Positions 12,614-22,174 are shown, counted from the stretch's first letter. The stretch: 64,000 nt of DNA from Chloroflexota bacterium (GCA_027623675.1 JAQBVF010000017.1:1-64000), one strand, 5' to 3'. Notes: generated by a model from the sequence alone, not told the origin. Translations and numbers: made by a program.

Positions 12614-13696
12614 CTAGTGCTGCTCGCTGTGAGACTCGCCGTGGTGAGCCGTGATGGCGATCGCCGCGAACACCAGGGTCAGGCCGGAGAAGATGAGAGC
12701 CTGTATGAAGCCCACCAGCAGCTCGAGTCCGTAAACGCCCACCGTGGCTATGAATGGAACCAGGAAGGCGGACACCAAGACCAATATCTCGCCGGCGGTC
12801 ATGTTGCCGAATAACCTGAATGTGAAGCTGATCAACCGGACCAGTTCGGAGAATGCTTCCAGCGGTCCGACGAAGAAGAAGTCCAGCAGGCCTTGGAATG
12901 CGTCTAGGAAGCGCATCTGGAACAGCGCTTTCAGGCCCTCTTTAAGGCTGCCTATCCGAATGAATTTCGTGATGTAACTGAGGCCCAGCATCTTCAGGCC
13001 CAGCCATTCGACGAAGATGAAGGACACCAGGGCCAGGGCCAGAGGCATGTTGATGTCGGTGCCCGCGGGCCGGAGCAGATGTATCTGGATCGCGTCGCCG
13101 GCTTTAAATCCGAGTGACGGGTAGATGGGCAGCAGACCGATCCAGGCGTTAACAACAACAAAGAGGAAGATGGTGGCGATCACCGGGAATATCAGGCGGC
13201 TGTGCTGTCGCCCAACGACGGCTTCCACGAAGTTCAGCAGACCTTCGATGGCTATCTCGACGAAGTTCTGGAACCGGCCCGGCACCAAGGCGGCTTTGCG
13301 CGCACCCAGGACAAAGAGCAGGACCAATACGATGCTGGCGATGAACGAAGAAAGAATAGTGTTGGTGATGATGAAGTTGCTGCCTTGATAGGGGCCTTCT
13401 TCCACCAATTCTTCCTGGTCGTGGGTTAGGGATGCCTCGCCGTACTTCTTCTCAGCTTTCTCAGCCTCGAGGAAATCACGGTAGTGGTCGCGGTCGGAGG
13501 TGGGGAATACGACTTGGGCCGGCAGGTGCACTTCCGGTTTGGGTATGAAGGGACCCTCGGCAGTCTCGCCGGCGGCCTTGGCTTCTTCTGACTGGGTGAG
13601 TCCGGCGCCGATGGCTCCGGTGATGAGACCGGCAATGGCCAACGCCATTACGATTATCAGACCCAGTGCGATGTACTTTCCTGTGCCGGAACCCAC
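12614..13696 (-). CDS. atpB: Fo ATP synthase subunit a (long form)
   Basis: PGRFQNFVE, SFTFRLFGNMTAGE with essential Arg, ELLVGFIQALIF. Confidence 0.95.
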   Translation of the reverse strand: MGSGTGKYIALGLIIVMALAIAGLITGAIGAGLTQSEEAKAAGETAEGPFIPKPEVHLPAQVVFPTSDRDHYRDFLEAEKAEKKYGEASLTHDQEELVEEGPYQGSNFIITNTILSSFIASIVLVLLFVLGARKAALVPGRFQNFVEIAIEGLLNFVEAVVGRQHSRLIFPVIATIFLFVVVNAWIGLLPIYPSLGFKAGDAIQIHLLRPAGTDINMPLALALVSFIFVEWLGLKMLGLSYITKFIRIGSLKEGLKALFQMRFLDAFQGLLDFFFVGPLEAFSELVRLISFTFRLFGNMTAGEILVLVSAFLVPFIATVGVYGLELLVGFIQALIFSGLTLVFAAIAITAHHGESHSEQH

Positions 13697-14022
13697 TATG
13701 GATTCCCTCCGTCGTCGTTTCTGTCGTCGTTACTATCGGTGCTTTGGGGTTTCTCGCCGTTGGGGGGCGCACCGTCCCCGGGCTTGTCTTGCGAGGCGCT
13801 GGACTTTCCGGCGGGCGCCGCCGGTTGTATCAGCGGTTGAATCATTTTGAAGAGACCGTAGAAAGCTGCAGTTGTGCCGAGCAGGATTCCCAACAGTGTG
13901 AACAAAGGTTTGAAACCCAGCCACTTGTCCAAGGCCACACCGCCAACCACACCAACAACGATGCACGTTGCGACGTACCATCCAAGCCCGGTTAGGCGTA
14001 ACGCCAGGAGCCTCCGTTCCAT
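13696..14022 (-). CDS. atpI: AtpZ/AtpI family protein
   Basis: Two TMs with GVALDKWLGFKPLFTLLGILLG; first gene of the operon. Confidence 0.85.
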   Translation of the reverse strand: MERRLLALRLTGLGWYVATCIVVGVVGGVALDKWLGFKPLFTLLGILLGTTAAFYGLFKMIQPLIQPAAPAGKSSASQDKPGDGAPPNGEKPQSTDSNDDRNDDGGNP

Positions 14023-14037
14023 GTCTCCGCCAGAGCG

Positions 14038-14055
14038 TTGTGAATAATATCACTA
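14038..14055. promoter_or_regulatory. Putative Rex operator upstream of the atp operon
   Basis: TTGTGAA-TAAT-ATCACTA vs consensus TTGTGAA-N4-TTCACAA (2 mismatches), 15 bp upstream of the atpI start. Confidence 0.7.
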
Positions 14056-14111
14056 GGTATTCTATATGTCAATTGAGGCTAACATTACGAATTACGTTAG
14101 CAGTTTGAATG

Positions 14112-14146
14112 AAAAACGGCCCCGTCAAACTGGTGACGGGGCCGTT
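14112..14146 (-). terminator. Intrinsic terminator of the DUF151 gene
   Basis: AACGGCCCCGTCA...TGACGGGGCCGTT stem followed by a U-tract on the minus strand. Confidence 0.75.
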
Positions 14147-14172
14147 AATCTTGAATCAATTCTTGCGCTTAG

Positions 14173-14739
14173 TTATCGGGCGCCTGACTGCTTGCCAAAA
14201 TCTTCAAGGTCCAGAGAGTCAATGAAGTCGGTGAAGGCAGACATGCTTTTTATCTCTTCCGGCTTGACCTCGGGAGTTCCCCCTTCCGGGTTGGTATCTC
14301 CGCTCGTCATCTCCGGGGTCAGGGGCTTGCCGGTTTCCTTGTCCAGGTGGATACCGGCCTTGTCCATAACCTCTTCATTGGCGTAGATTGGCACCTGGGC
14401 CCTGACCGCCAAGGCCACCGCGTCGCTGGGCCGGCAGTCAATCTCTTTGGCCTCGCCATTGCTCATGATCGTGATCTTGGCGTAGAAGGTGTCGTTCTGA
14501 AGGTCGCAGACCAAGATGTGGTCTATCGAGCCTCCCAGGGAGTCGATGATGGTCCCCAGCAGGTCGTGGGTCAAGGGCCGGGGCACGCTCAGATCCTGGA
14601 GTTTGACCGCGATGGCGTCAGCTTCCGCGGGCCCGATCCAGATCGGCAGATAGCGGTCGGATAGCTTTTCGCGCAGAATCACGACGCGCTGGTAATTCAT
14701 GGGGCTGACCCGGATGCTGTCTACGGTCATTTCGAGCAT
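14173..14739 (-). CDS. Bifunctional nuclease family protein (DUF151)
   Basis: RYLPIWIGPAEADAI, PRPLTHDLL, IDCRPSDAVALA; start MLEMTVDS after GGAGG. Confidence 0.92.
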   Translation of the reverse strand: MLEMTVDSIRVSPMNYQRVVILREKLSDRYLPIWIGPAEADAIAVKLQDLSVPRPLTHDLLGTIIDSLGGSIDHILVCDLQNDTFYAKITIMSNGEAKEIDCRPSDAVALAVRAQVPIYANEEVMDKAGIHLDKETGKPLTPEMTSGDTNPEGGTPEVKPEEIKSMSAFTDFIDSLDLEDFGKQSGAR

Positions 14740-15136
14740 GCAGTTGTTGGCCTCCGAGGTTTGTCCGGCGCTCTGGCAAAATTGTAGTCCTCGGGCAAAT
14801 TGTGTGTCAACCCGACGCACGCGTGCGCCATGCCTAGACGCATGCCCAGTGAAGGCGGCGGGTTGCCAAGAATTTGGGCTGGTCCCGCGCCCAGGCCACG
14901 CACCTTGGCCCCGCGGGAGGAATCCTATGGATAAGACCGGGAACTCCATCATTGATAGCTCGGAAGGCCCGCCAACTGGCCCGTTAATCCCCTGCTCCGC
15001 CGATGACGGCCGGCGGCAGACTGCGCCCAACGCCCGGACGCTCCCAGGTATCTCGAGGGTATAATAACCTCTCGAAGCAGATCGTATTCGGGCAGCATCG
15101 GTTACACCCGTTACGCCCGTGTCACCGGAGGACAAG

Positions 15137-17677
15137 ATGCCTAGACGCAAGAAGCAAAATACAACGACTGACCCAGGCACCGAAGCTGCGACGAATGCTG
15201 GGACGAAGGCTGCCAGCGCGCTGGCGGATAGATTCCGGGTGGAGTGGGACAGAACCACCTGGAACCAGAATATGGAAGTCTTTTCGTTCCAATGCACCGA
15301 CGAATTGACACCCCTTGACCATTTCATCGGCCAGGAACGGGCGCAGGACGCGATCCGGTTCGGGCTGGAAGTCGACAAGCCGGGCTACAACCTCTTTGTC
15401 ACCGGTCTCACCGGGACCGGTAAAACCAGCGCCATCCAAGCCCATCTGCAGAGCATAGTCGATGGCCTGGACAGCCAAGAGAAACGCCGTCCCATCAGTG
15501 ACTGGGCCTATGTGTACAACTTTGAGGACCCTGATCGGCCAAAGTCGGTGCGCCTTCCCCGCGGCACCGGCAAGGTTTACCGGGCGCAGCTCGCCACGGC
15601 CCTCAAGACCCTCCAAGACGAGATTCCCAAAGTCCTGAGAAGTGAGGGTTTTGAGGCCCAGGCCCGCACCCAAGAGGAGTCCGACCGCAAGGCGACCCAG
15701 GAATTGATGAACGACTTGGAGCGCTCCGGGCAAGAGGCTGACTTCGCCGTGCAGCTTACTCCCAACGGGATCACCATCTTCCCAATGACCGACGGACGCC
15801 CCATGACCCCAGAGGAGTACCAAGCGCTGGAACCTGAACCGAAGCAGGCCATCGACGCGGTCCGGGCCAAGTTGATGCAGCAGACCCAGGAGACCATGGC
15901 CAAGATCAGGGTGCTGGAGAAGGCTTCGGCCCAGCGGATGCAGGAATTGGAGCGCGATGCCGGCGCCCAATTGGTCGAGCAGGTTTTCTTTGAACTGCGC
16001 GCGCTTTCCCAAGACATTCCAGAGGTCCAGGAATTCCTAACTGCTCTAGGCGAATACGTGCTGGAAAACCTCGGTCAATTCAAGGAGAAGGAGGGACCAA
16101 CCCCGATGCTGGGCACGATGCCCCCCGGTCCGGTCGGCGCCGGCACTGCTCTGGGAATCAATCCCTTTTTACCTTTTGAGTTGAATGTGCTGGTGGACAA
16201 CACCGCCGTCGAGAAACTGCCCATCATAATCGAGGCAAACCCCAACTGGGGCAATCTGTTCGGCCGCATCGAGCGCCGCGCCATCATGGGCGCCTATATC
16301 AGCGACCACAGAATGCTCAAGCCGGGAGCAGCCCATCTGGCCAACGGCGGCTACCTGGTGCTGAACGCCAGAGACGTGCTGATGGCGCCGGGAGCGTGGG
16401 AGGGCCTGAAAAGGGCCATCCGCAACCGCGAGGTGCGCCTGGAAGACCCTGCCGAGCAGACCGGACTGTTCATTCCCCAGGGACTTCGGCCGGAGGCCGT
16501 GCCCCTGGACCTGAAGGTTATCGTGACCGGAGATGAAAGCATCTACCGCCTGCTGACCTCCGCCGACAACGAAGATTTCTGGGACCTGTTTAAGGTGAAG
16601 GCTGAATTTGATTACCGGGTGGACCTTAACGAAGAGAACATGATGGCCTACTGCGCCTTCATCTGCCGCACTTGCGAGGATGAAGGGTTGCTGCCCTTCG
16701 AGACCGGCGGCGCGGCCCGCGTCTTGGAGTTCGGCGCTCGCCAGGTCTCCGACCAGACCAAACTCTCCACCCGGTTCGGGCAGATCAAAGACCTGCTGAT
16801 CGAAGCCGACTACTGGGCACGTAAAGACGACGTACACATGGTGCAAGACCATCACGTGCGGCAGGCGGTGAACCAGAAGATCTACCGCCTGAATCTGGTG
16901 GAGGAGCGCTTGATGGAGATGGTGGCCGACGGCTCACTGTTGCTGGATGTGACCGGTGAAGAGGTGGGCCAGATCAACGGATTGGCGGTCTACGACCTGG
17001 GTGACTTCAGCTTTGGCCGTCCGACTCGGATCACCGCACAGACCTTTGCCGGCCGGGAAGGGTTCATAAACATCGAGCGGGAAGCATCCATGAGCGGCCG
17101 TACCCACGACAAGGGCGTCTTGATCTTGAGCGGCTACCTGGGCGCCAAATTCGGTCACTACCGGCCGCTAACACTGTCGGCCAGCCTCTGTTTTGAGCAG
17201 TCGTACGATGGAGTGGACGGTGACAGCGCATCTTCCACCGAGATATACGCCATATCCTCCAGCCTGTCCGGTCTGCCGCTGCGCCAAGACATCGCGGTGA
17301 CCGGGTCGGTGAACCAACTTGGCGACATCCAACCCATCGGCGGGGTCAACCAAAAGGTGGAGGGCATGTTCGACGTTTGCCGGACCACGACCGGGCTCAC
17401 CGGGTCGCAGGGCGTAATCATCCCCCACCAAAACGTAAAGAACCTGATGCTCAGGGACGACGTGGTGGAGGCCATCCGGGACGGGAGATTTCACATCTAC
17501 TCGGTCAAAACCATCGACGAAGGACTTGAGATACTTACCGGCCGGCCCGCCGGGGTAGCGGACGAGTCCGGGGCCTACCCGGAGGGAACAGTGAACCACC
17601 TGATCGCCAAACGGTTGGGGGAACTGAACGATTCGATGCGGGGTTATTTCCAGGGGATGATGTCCAACGCCAGCTAA
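15137..17677 (+). CDS. LonC-like protease (AAA-like + helical insert + S16 domain)
   Basis: IGQERA, GLTGTGKTS, DGDSAS catalytic Ser, GGVNQKVEG catalytic Lys; GGAGG before ATG 15137. Confidence 0.9.
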   Translation: MPRRKKQNTTTDPGTEAATNAGTKAASALADRFRVEWDRTTWNQNMEVFSFQCTDELTPLDHFIGQERAQDAIRFGLEVDKPGYNLFVTGLTGTGKTSAIQAHLQSIVDGLDSQEKRRPISDWAYVYNFEDPDRPKSVRLPRGTGKVYRAQLATALKTLQDEIPKVLRSEGFEAQARTQEESDRKATQELMNDLERSGQEADFAVQLTPNGITIFPMTDGRPMTPEEYQALEPEPKQAIDAVRAKLMQQTQETMAKIRVLEKASAQRMQELERDAGAQLVEQVFFELRALSQDIPEVQEFLTALGEYVLENLGQFKEKEGPTPMLGTMPPGPVGAGTALGINPFLPFELNVLVDNTAVEKLPIIIEANPNWGNLFGRIERRAIMGAYISDHRMLKPGAAHLANGGYLVLNARDVLMAPGAWEGLKRAIRNREVRLEDPAEQTGLFIPQGLRPEAVPLDLKVIVTGDESIYRLLTSADNEDFWDLFKVKAEFDYRVDLNEENMMAYCAFICRTCEDEGLLPFETGGAARVLEFGARQVSDQTKLSTRFGQIKDLLIEADYWARKDDVHMVQDHHVRQAVNQKIYRLNLVEERLMEMVADGSLLLDVTGEEVGQINGLAVYDLGDFSFGRPTRITAQTFAGREGFINIEREASMSGRTHDKGVLILSGYLGAKFGHYRPLTLSASLCFEQSYDGVDGDSASSTEIYAISSSLSGLPLRQDIAVTGSVNQLGDIQPIGGVNQKVEGMFDVCRTTTGLTGSQGVIIPHQNVKNLMLRDDVVEAIRDGRFHIYSVKTIDEGLEILTGRPAGVADESGAYPEGTVNHLIAKRLGELNDSMRGYFQGMMSNAS

Positions 17678-17718
17678 CTGGCTTTCAGCCTCAGTTGGCG
17701 GAACCCGGCCCCAGACTA

Positions 17719-17768
17719 GAACGAGCCACGGCTAGCCTCCCCGTTCGGGGCGGTATCCGCGGCTCGTT
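17719..17768. terminator. Hairpin between convergent genes (possible terminator)
   Basis: AACGAGCCACGG...CCGCGGCTCGTT imperfect stem; no clear U-tract. Confidence 0.35.
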
Positions 17769-17841
17769 GATCCATTCCCTTTTGGTTTGCTTTGGTTCGC
17801 GGCAGGGAAAGCCCGGCGACGGCTGACCGAGATGCCTGGCG

Positions 17842-18384
17842 CTAGCGCGTCATACCGGCGGGGACGTCTTCCTCTTCGTAGCGGCGGGAGTTCATGCTGC
17901 CGGCGGCCTGAACGGCCAGCACCTGTATGCCCTTTCGCACCGAACCCACCAGCTTCTCCAGCTCCAGTTCCATGGTCCGCAAGCTGCGCAGGGCATAGGC
18001 GTCGGCCTCGGTCCGGCGGGATAGCGCCTCAGCCTCGGACTGCTGGAGCATCCGGGTGATGCGTTGTTCCGTTTCTTTGACCGTTTCCGCGGCCCTGGAT
18101 TCAGCCTGGGTCACCACTTCGCTCTGGTTCAGGCGGTTGCGAAGTTCATCTTCGGCCTGAGACTTGGTGCGGCGGGCGTCGTTGATGGCGGTGTTCAGTA
18201 TCTGGTCTTTCTGAGACAACACGTCTTCCGCCGCGCGAATCTCCTCGGGAATGGTGAGACGCAGCTGGTCCACCAACTCCATAATCTTTCTCTTGTCCAA
18301 GAGAATATTCCCGCTGACCGGGACCGATTTACTGGTTTCGACCAATGTTTCCAAACGGTCGATGATGTTTATGATATCGATGAT
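17842..18384 (-). CDS. Coiled-coil protein conserved downstream of coaD (ATP synthase b-like / cell division initiation-like)
   Basis: (I)IDIINIIDRLETLV...VDQLRLTIPEEIRAA; probable non-canonical ATC start; first canonical start is TTG 18354. Confidence 0.75.
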   Translation of the reverse strand: MIDIINIIDRLETLVETSKSVPVSGNILLDKRKIMELVDQLRLTIPEEIRAAEDVLSQKDQILNTAINDARRTKSQAEDELRNRLNQSEVVTQAESRAAETVKETEQRITRMLQQSEAEALSRRTEADAYALRSLRTMELELEKLVGSVRKGIQVLAVQAAGSMNSRRYEEEDVPAGMTR

Positions 18385-18402
18385 TGCTACCCTCCCCGGC
18401 CA

Positions 18403-18897
18403 CTACCCTTCTAAGACCGGTAATCCGAATTTTGAATAGACTGCCTTGGCAACGTTTGGCGGGACCATCTCGTTGATGTTTCCCCCTAGTTTGGCTACCT
18501 CCTTGAGCAAACTGGCGCTGACGAACATGTAATCCTGGGAGGTCATGAAGCAGACCAGGTCAACGTCAGGCTCCAACCTCCGGTTCATGAATGCCATGTC
18601 GAATTCGTATTCAAAGTCCGAGCCGCTTCTCAAGCCTCGCACTATCGCTTCGGCGCCGATGTCTTTGGCGAACCGCACCACTAGGCCGGAGAACCTCACA
18701 ACCTCCACATTCGGTAGGTGTGAACACGATTCCTTCATCAGCCGCTCTCTTTCGTCGGTGTTAAAGAGCAGGTTCTTTGAGGGCGTCTCGTAGATCGCGA
18801 CAACCACCTTATCGAAGAGTCTGGCGGCCCTTGTCGCGATGTCTACATGGCCCACGGTCACCGGATCAAAGCTACCGGGATATAGAGCGGTTACCAT
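18403..18897 (-). CDS. coaD: Phosphopantetheine adenylyltransferase
   Basis: YPGSFDPVTVGH, IVRGLRSGSDFEYE. Confidence 0.97.
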   Translation of the reverse strand: MVTALYPGSFDPVTVGHVDIATRAARLFDKVVVAIYETPSKNLLFNTDERERLMKESCSHLPNVEVVRFSGLVVRFAKDIGAEAIVRGLRSGSDFEYEFDMAFMNRRLEPDVDLVCFMTSQDYMFVSASLLKEVAKLGGNINEMVPPNVAKAVYSKFGLPVLEG

Positions 18898-19562
18898 GAT
18901 GGGTCACCAGCCAGGTCTCCGGAGGATCTCGTCTGAGTTTCCGTTTTCTGGTTCTCTATTACCTCGGGTCCGTCTTGCTTAGGGTTATCTGTATCTTGAA
19001 CTTGCTCGTAAACAAAAAAATCGACCACGTTGTCTCCGTACCGGCGATGTGATGTTAGTCGTAGGGGTCCGTATCTTTCCTTTAGATCCTCACGCTTGGA
19101 GTGCCCTGCAATCACCACGCCACCATCGACAATCAGCCCTGACTGAGAAGCGATCTTCTCCATCAGATCGTCCAATCCGCCCATCTTGTAGGGTGGGTCC
19201 AATAGCACCAGGGCGTAGCGTCCCGGTAGTGTCCGGAGGGCCTGGACCGCGTCCACCCGGTGTACCTGGCCCTGCTTAGCGAAGCCGGTGGTTTCCAGGT
19301 TGCTGGTTATGACGGCGCTCTGCCGCCGGTCCCACTCCACCAGGTCCGCCCAGCCCGCTCCGTGGCTTAAAGCCTCGATGCCCAGACTGCCGGACCCCGC
19401 GAAGAGGTCCAACACCCTGCCTTCCTGGTACCGAACAGGGTCTAAAATGTTAAAAATGGCCGCCCGCACCCGCTCGGTCGTGGCGCGGGTACCGGGACTG
19501 ACGGCCCCTTTGAGCCGCCGGCCTTTTGCGATGCCACCTGCTACACGCATGCCGTTAACCAT
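18891..19562 (-). CDS. rsmD: 16S rRNA (guanine966-N2)-methyltransferase
   Basis: MRVAGGIAKGRRL, VLDLFAGSGSLGIEALS, DPPY; start may be ATG 19550; C-terminal extension. Confidence 0.93.
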   Translation of the reverse strand: MVNGMRVAGGIAKGRRLKGAVSPGTRATTERVRAAIFNILDPVRYQEGRVLDLFAGSGSLGIEALSHGAGWADLVEWDRRQSAVITSNLETTGFAKQGQVHRVDAVQALRTLPGRYALVLLDPPYKMGGLDDLMEKIASQSGLIVDGGVVIAGHSKREDLKERYGPLRLTSHRRYGDNVVDFFVYEQVQDTDNPKQDGPEVIENQKTETQTRSSGDLAGDPSW

Positions 19563-19739
19563 GGCGTTCGCATGTGCCTGATAGGGCTGAATTATACATA
19601 ATGTGAAGCGCTGTTCCTAGTAAATTGGCCGTGAATTTTGACTAATTTTATATTATTTTTATATTATGATGAGTTAGCTAGGATGCTAAACCAAGCCCGT
19701 TGATGCCTTAAGACCGCCTGCCGGCCTCGCCTGGCAATA

Positions 19740-19768
19740 TTGACGCTAATAGGGGCCTGTGCTAACAT
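19740..19768 (+). promoter_or_regulatory. Putative sigma70 promoter for ribF-tyrS
   Basis: TTGACG-N17-TAACAT. Confidence 0.45.
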
Positions 19769-19941
19769 CGGGCGCACCCAGATACCCTTGTTTTACGCTC
19801 AAAAATCGCTGTTTTGCAACCTGTCCAAATCGTTGCCTGCCGGTCTTAGGGCCGAACACCCCGCAGGCGCTTCGGGACCAGCCCGATGACGAATGAGCAG
19901 CGCGAGGCCGGGGAATACCGCCTAATTGGAACTAATCAGGA

Positions 19942-20871
19942 ATGACCTTTCGCCAGATTTTGGCCAGCGCCGCGCCCAGCAAAGGGACCGTCGTCACCGT
20001 CGGGGTCTTCGACGGCGTTCATAAGGGACACCGTCACCTACTGCACCGTGTGGTCGAATTGGCCGGAGACCAGTACATTCCTGCAGTTGTCACCTTCTCC
20101 AACCGCCCCATAACCGTCCTACGGCCCGGAACCGAACCTAGCTACCTTACCACGCTGGACCAGCGTATCGAACTCATCAAACAGGCCGGCATCGAACTGG
20201 TGGTCTGCCTTGAGTTTACCCATGAATTGTCCCATGTATCCGCGGCGGATTTCGCCGGCATGCTGTCCGAGTCTCTGAACATGAAAGGGCTGGTCCTCGG
20301 CCCCGACTCGGCCTTGGGCCGAGACCGGCAGGGCGACTTGGCATTCATGCGCCAACAGGGCGAGCGATTGGACTTTTGGGCCGAGGCCGTGGAGCCATTG
20401 GACATCGAAGGGAAGCCGGTGAAGAGCCGGCGCATCCGCGAAGCAGTGGCCAGCGGCAACATGGATGTCTGCCCTGAGTTATTGGGCCGGTATCATTCCC
20501 TGACCGGGACCGTGGTGGTCGGCGACCAACGGGGCCGCACCCTGGGATTCCCCACCGCCAACGTGGAGGTTGATTCCCAATTGCTGCTGCCTGGCGACGG
20601 GATCTACGCAACCTGGGCCACCATCGACGGCAAGCGCCATCAGGCCGCCACCAGCATCGGCGTTCGCCCCACGTTTGGGCTGACCCAGCGGCTGGTGGAA
20701 GTCTTCGTCATGGACTTCAGCGCAGACCTCTACGGCAAGACCGTGGGCGTGGAGTTCATCAAGAAGGTCCGCGACCAGGAGAGATTCGACGGCCTGGACG
20801 CGCTGGTCAAGCAGATCCATCAGGATGTCGACGAATGCCGGAAAGTCCTGAACCAAGACCGGATCCGTTAG
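19942..20871 (+). CDS. ribF: Bifunctional riboflavin kinase/FAD synthetase
   Basis: GVFDGVHKGH, GRTLGFPTAN, GVRPTF. Confidence 0.96.
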   Translation: MTFRQILASAAPSKGTVVTVGVFDGVHKGHRHLLHRVVELAGDQYIPAVVTFSNRPITVLRPGTEPSYLTTLDQRIELIKQAGIELVVCLEFTHELSHVSAADFAGMLSESLNMKGLVLGPDSALGRDRQGDLAFMRQQGERLDFWAEAVEPLDIEGKPVKSRRIREAVASGNMDVCPELLGRYHSLTGTVVVGDQRGRTLGFPTANVEVDSQLLLPGDGIYATWATIDGKRHQAATSIGVRPTFGLTQRLVEVFVMDFSADLYGKTVGVEFIKKVRDQERFDGLDALVKQIHQDVDECRKVLNQDRIR

Positions 20872-20872
20872 C

Positions 20873-22159
20873 ATGACCACCCCCGGCGCCATCAGTCCAG
20901 AAGACCTGGAATCGGTTATCACCCGAGGCGTTAGCGAGATCATCTCCCGGGAGGAGTTCGTCCGGCTGCTTCAGAGCGGCAAGCAGCTGCGCCTGAAGAT
21001 GGGCTTCGACCCCAGCCGTCCCGACATCCATCTGGGCCACGTGGTCGGACTCCGCAAGCTGCGCCAACTGCAAGAACTTGGGCACCAGGTCATCTTGATT
21101 GTCGGCGACTGGACCGCCCAGATCGGCGACCCCAGCGGCCAATCGGCCACCCGCACCATGCTCTCCCACGCCCAGGTGCTGGAGAACGCTCAGTCCTATC
21201 TCAGGCAGTTCTTCAAGGTGGTGGACCAGACCCGGGCCCAGGTGATCTACCAGAGTGAGTGGTTCGGCAAGTTTGACCTGGCCAAGGTCATTGAACTGAC
21301 CGGCCGCTTCACCGTGGCCCAGTTCCTGCAACGGGCCGACTTCGCCCAGCGTTTCGCCGACCAGAAACCCATCGCCATCACCGAACTGCTCTATCCGCTG
21401 CTCCAAGCCTACGACTCCGTGGAAATCAAGTCGGACGTCGAGTTCGGCGGCACCGACCAGATGTTCAATCTGCTGGTTGGCCGGGAACTGCAGGGCATGA
21501 TGGGGCAAACCCCGCAGCAGTGTTTTATGATGCCCATCCTGGTGGGCACCGACGGCGTTATGAAGATGAGCAAGAGCCTAGACAATTACGTGGCGGTCGA
21601 CGAGCCGCCCGAGAATATGTACGGCAAGCTCATGTCGGTCTCCGATGAACAGATAATCTCCTACATGGAGTACCTGACCGACTTCCCCATGGCTGAGATC
21701 ACCACGCTCGCAGGCGATTTTAAGAAAGGTCTCAATCCCATGGAGACCAAGAAGCGGTTGGCCTGGGACGTGACCCGCCAGTTCCACGACAAAGAAGCGG
21801 CCAACGCCGCCCAGGCCCACTTCGAGCGGGTGATCCAGGGGCGCGACCTGCCGGAGGACATACCGCAGTTCAATTTTAGAGCCTACCGTGCGCAAGGATT
21901 GTTATTCGGGCCTCCGGAAGTTGTGGAAGGCGAGGCGTCTCTTAGCCCGGGCAACATGCTGCTCCAGATGTTGGTGGCCTCTGGGCTTGCGAAAAGTAAC
22001 CGTGAGGCCAAAACGTTGTTAGACCAAGGCGGCATAGAATTGATAAAGCCCGATGGAGGGTCGACGAAATTAACCGTTCAATCCACCGTGTCTGATTTGA
22101 ATCGAGGTGATGTCATTAGAAGGGGCAAGCGGCGCTTCGTCCGGCTCACGGACTCCTAA
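20873..22159 (+). CDS. tyrS: Tyrosine--tRNA ligase
   Basis: GFDPS, HLGH, IGDPSG, QAYDS, GGTDQ, KMSKS, C-terminal S4-like domain. Confidence 0.96.
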   Translation: MTTPGAISPEDLESVITRGVSEIISREEFVRLLQSGKQLRLKMGFDPSRPDIHLGHVVGLRKLRQLQELGHQVILIVGDWTAQIGDPSGQSATRTMLSHAQVLENAQSYLRQFFKVVDQTRAQVIYQSEWFGKFDLAKVIELTGRFTVAQFLQRADFAQRFADQKPIAITELLYPLLQAYDSVEIKSDVEFGGTDQMFNLLVGRELQGMMGQTPQQCFMMPILVGTDGVMKMSKSLDNYVAVDEPPENMYGKLMSVSDEQIISYMEYLTDFPMAEITTLAGDFKKGLNPMETKKRLAWDVTRQFHDKEAANAAQAHFERVIQGRDLPEDIPQFNFRAYRAQGLLFGPPEVVEGEASLSPGNMLLQMLVASGLAKSNREAKTLLDQGGIELIKPDGGSTKLTVQSTVSDLNRGDVIRRGKRRFVRLTDS

Positions 22160-22174
22160 AGGGGGCACCCGGTA

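Noticed and set aside
14740..15378. N-terminal half of the 401-aa ORF 14173..15378
   Set aside because: DUF151 homology starts at ATG 14739 after a GGAGG; the extension overlaps the protease gene on the other strand.
19590..19690. oriC or dif site
   Set aside because: No good DnaA boxes; only scattered resemblance to XerC/XerD arms.
19775..19941. FMN riboswitch or T-box upstream of ribF-tyrS
   Set aside because: No RFN core motifs, T-box sequence or terminator found.
21870..22159. Foreign replacement of the tyrS 3' end
   Set aside because: Codon use looks different, but the frame is intact, encodes an S4-like domain and has no att-like repeats.
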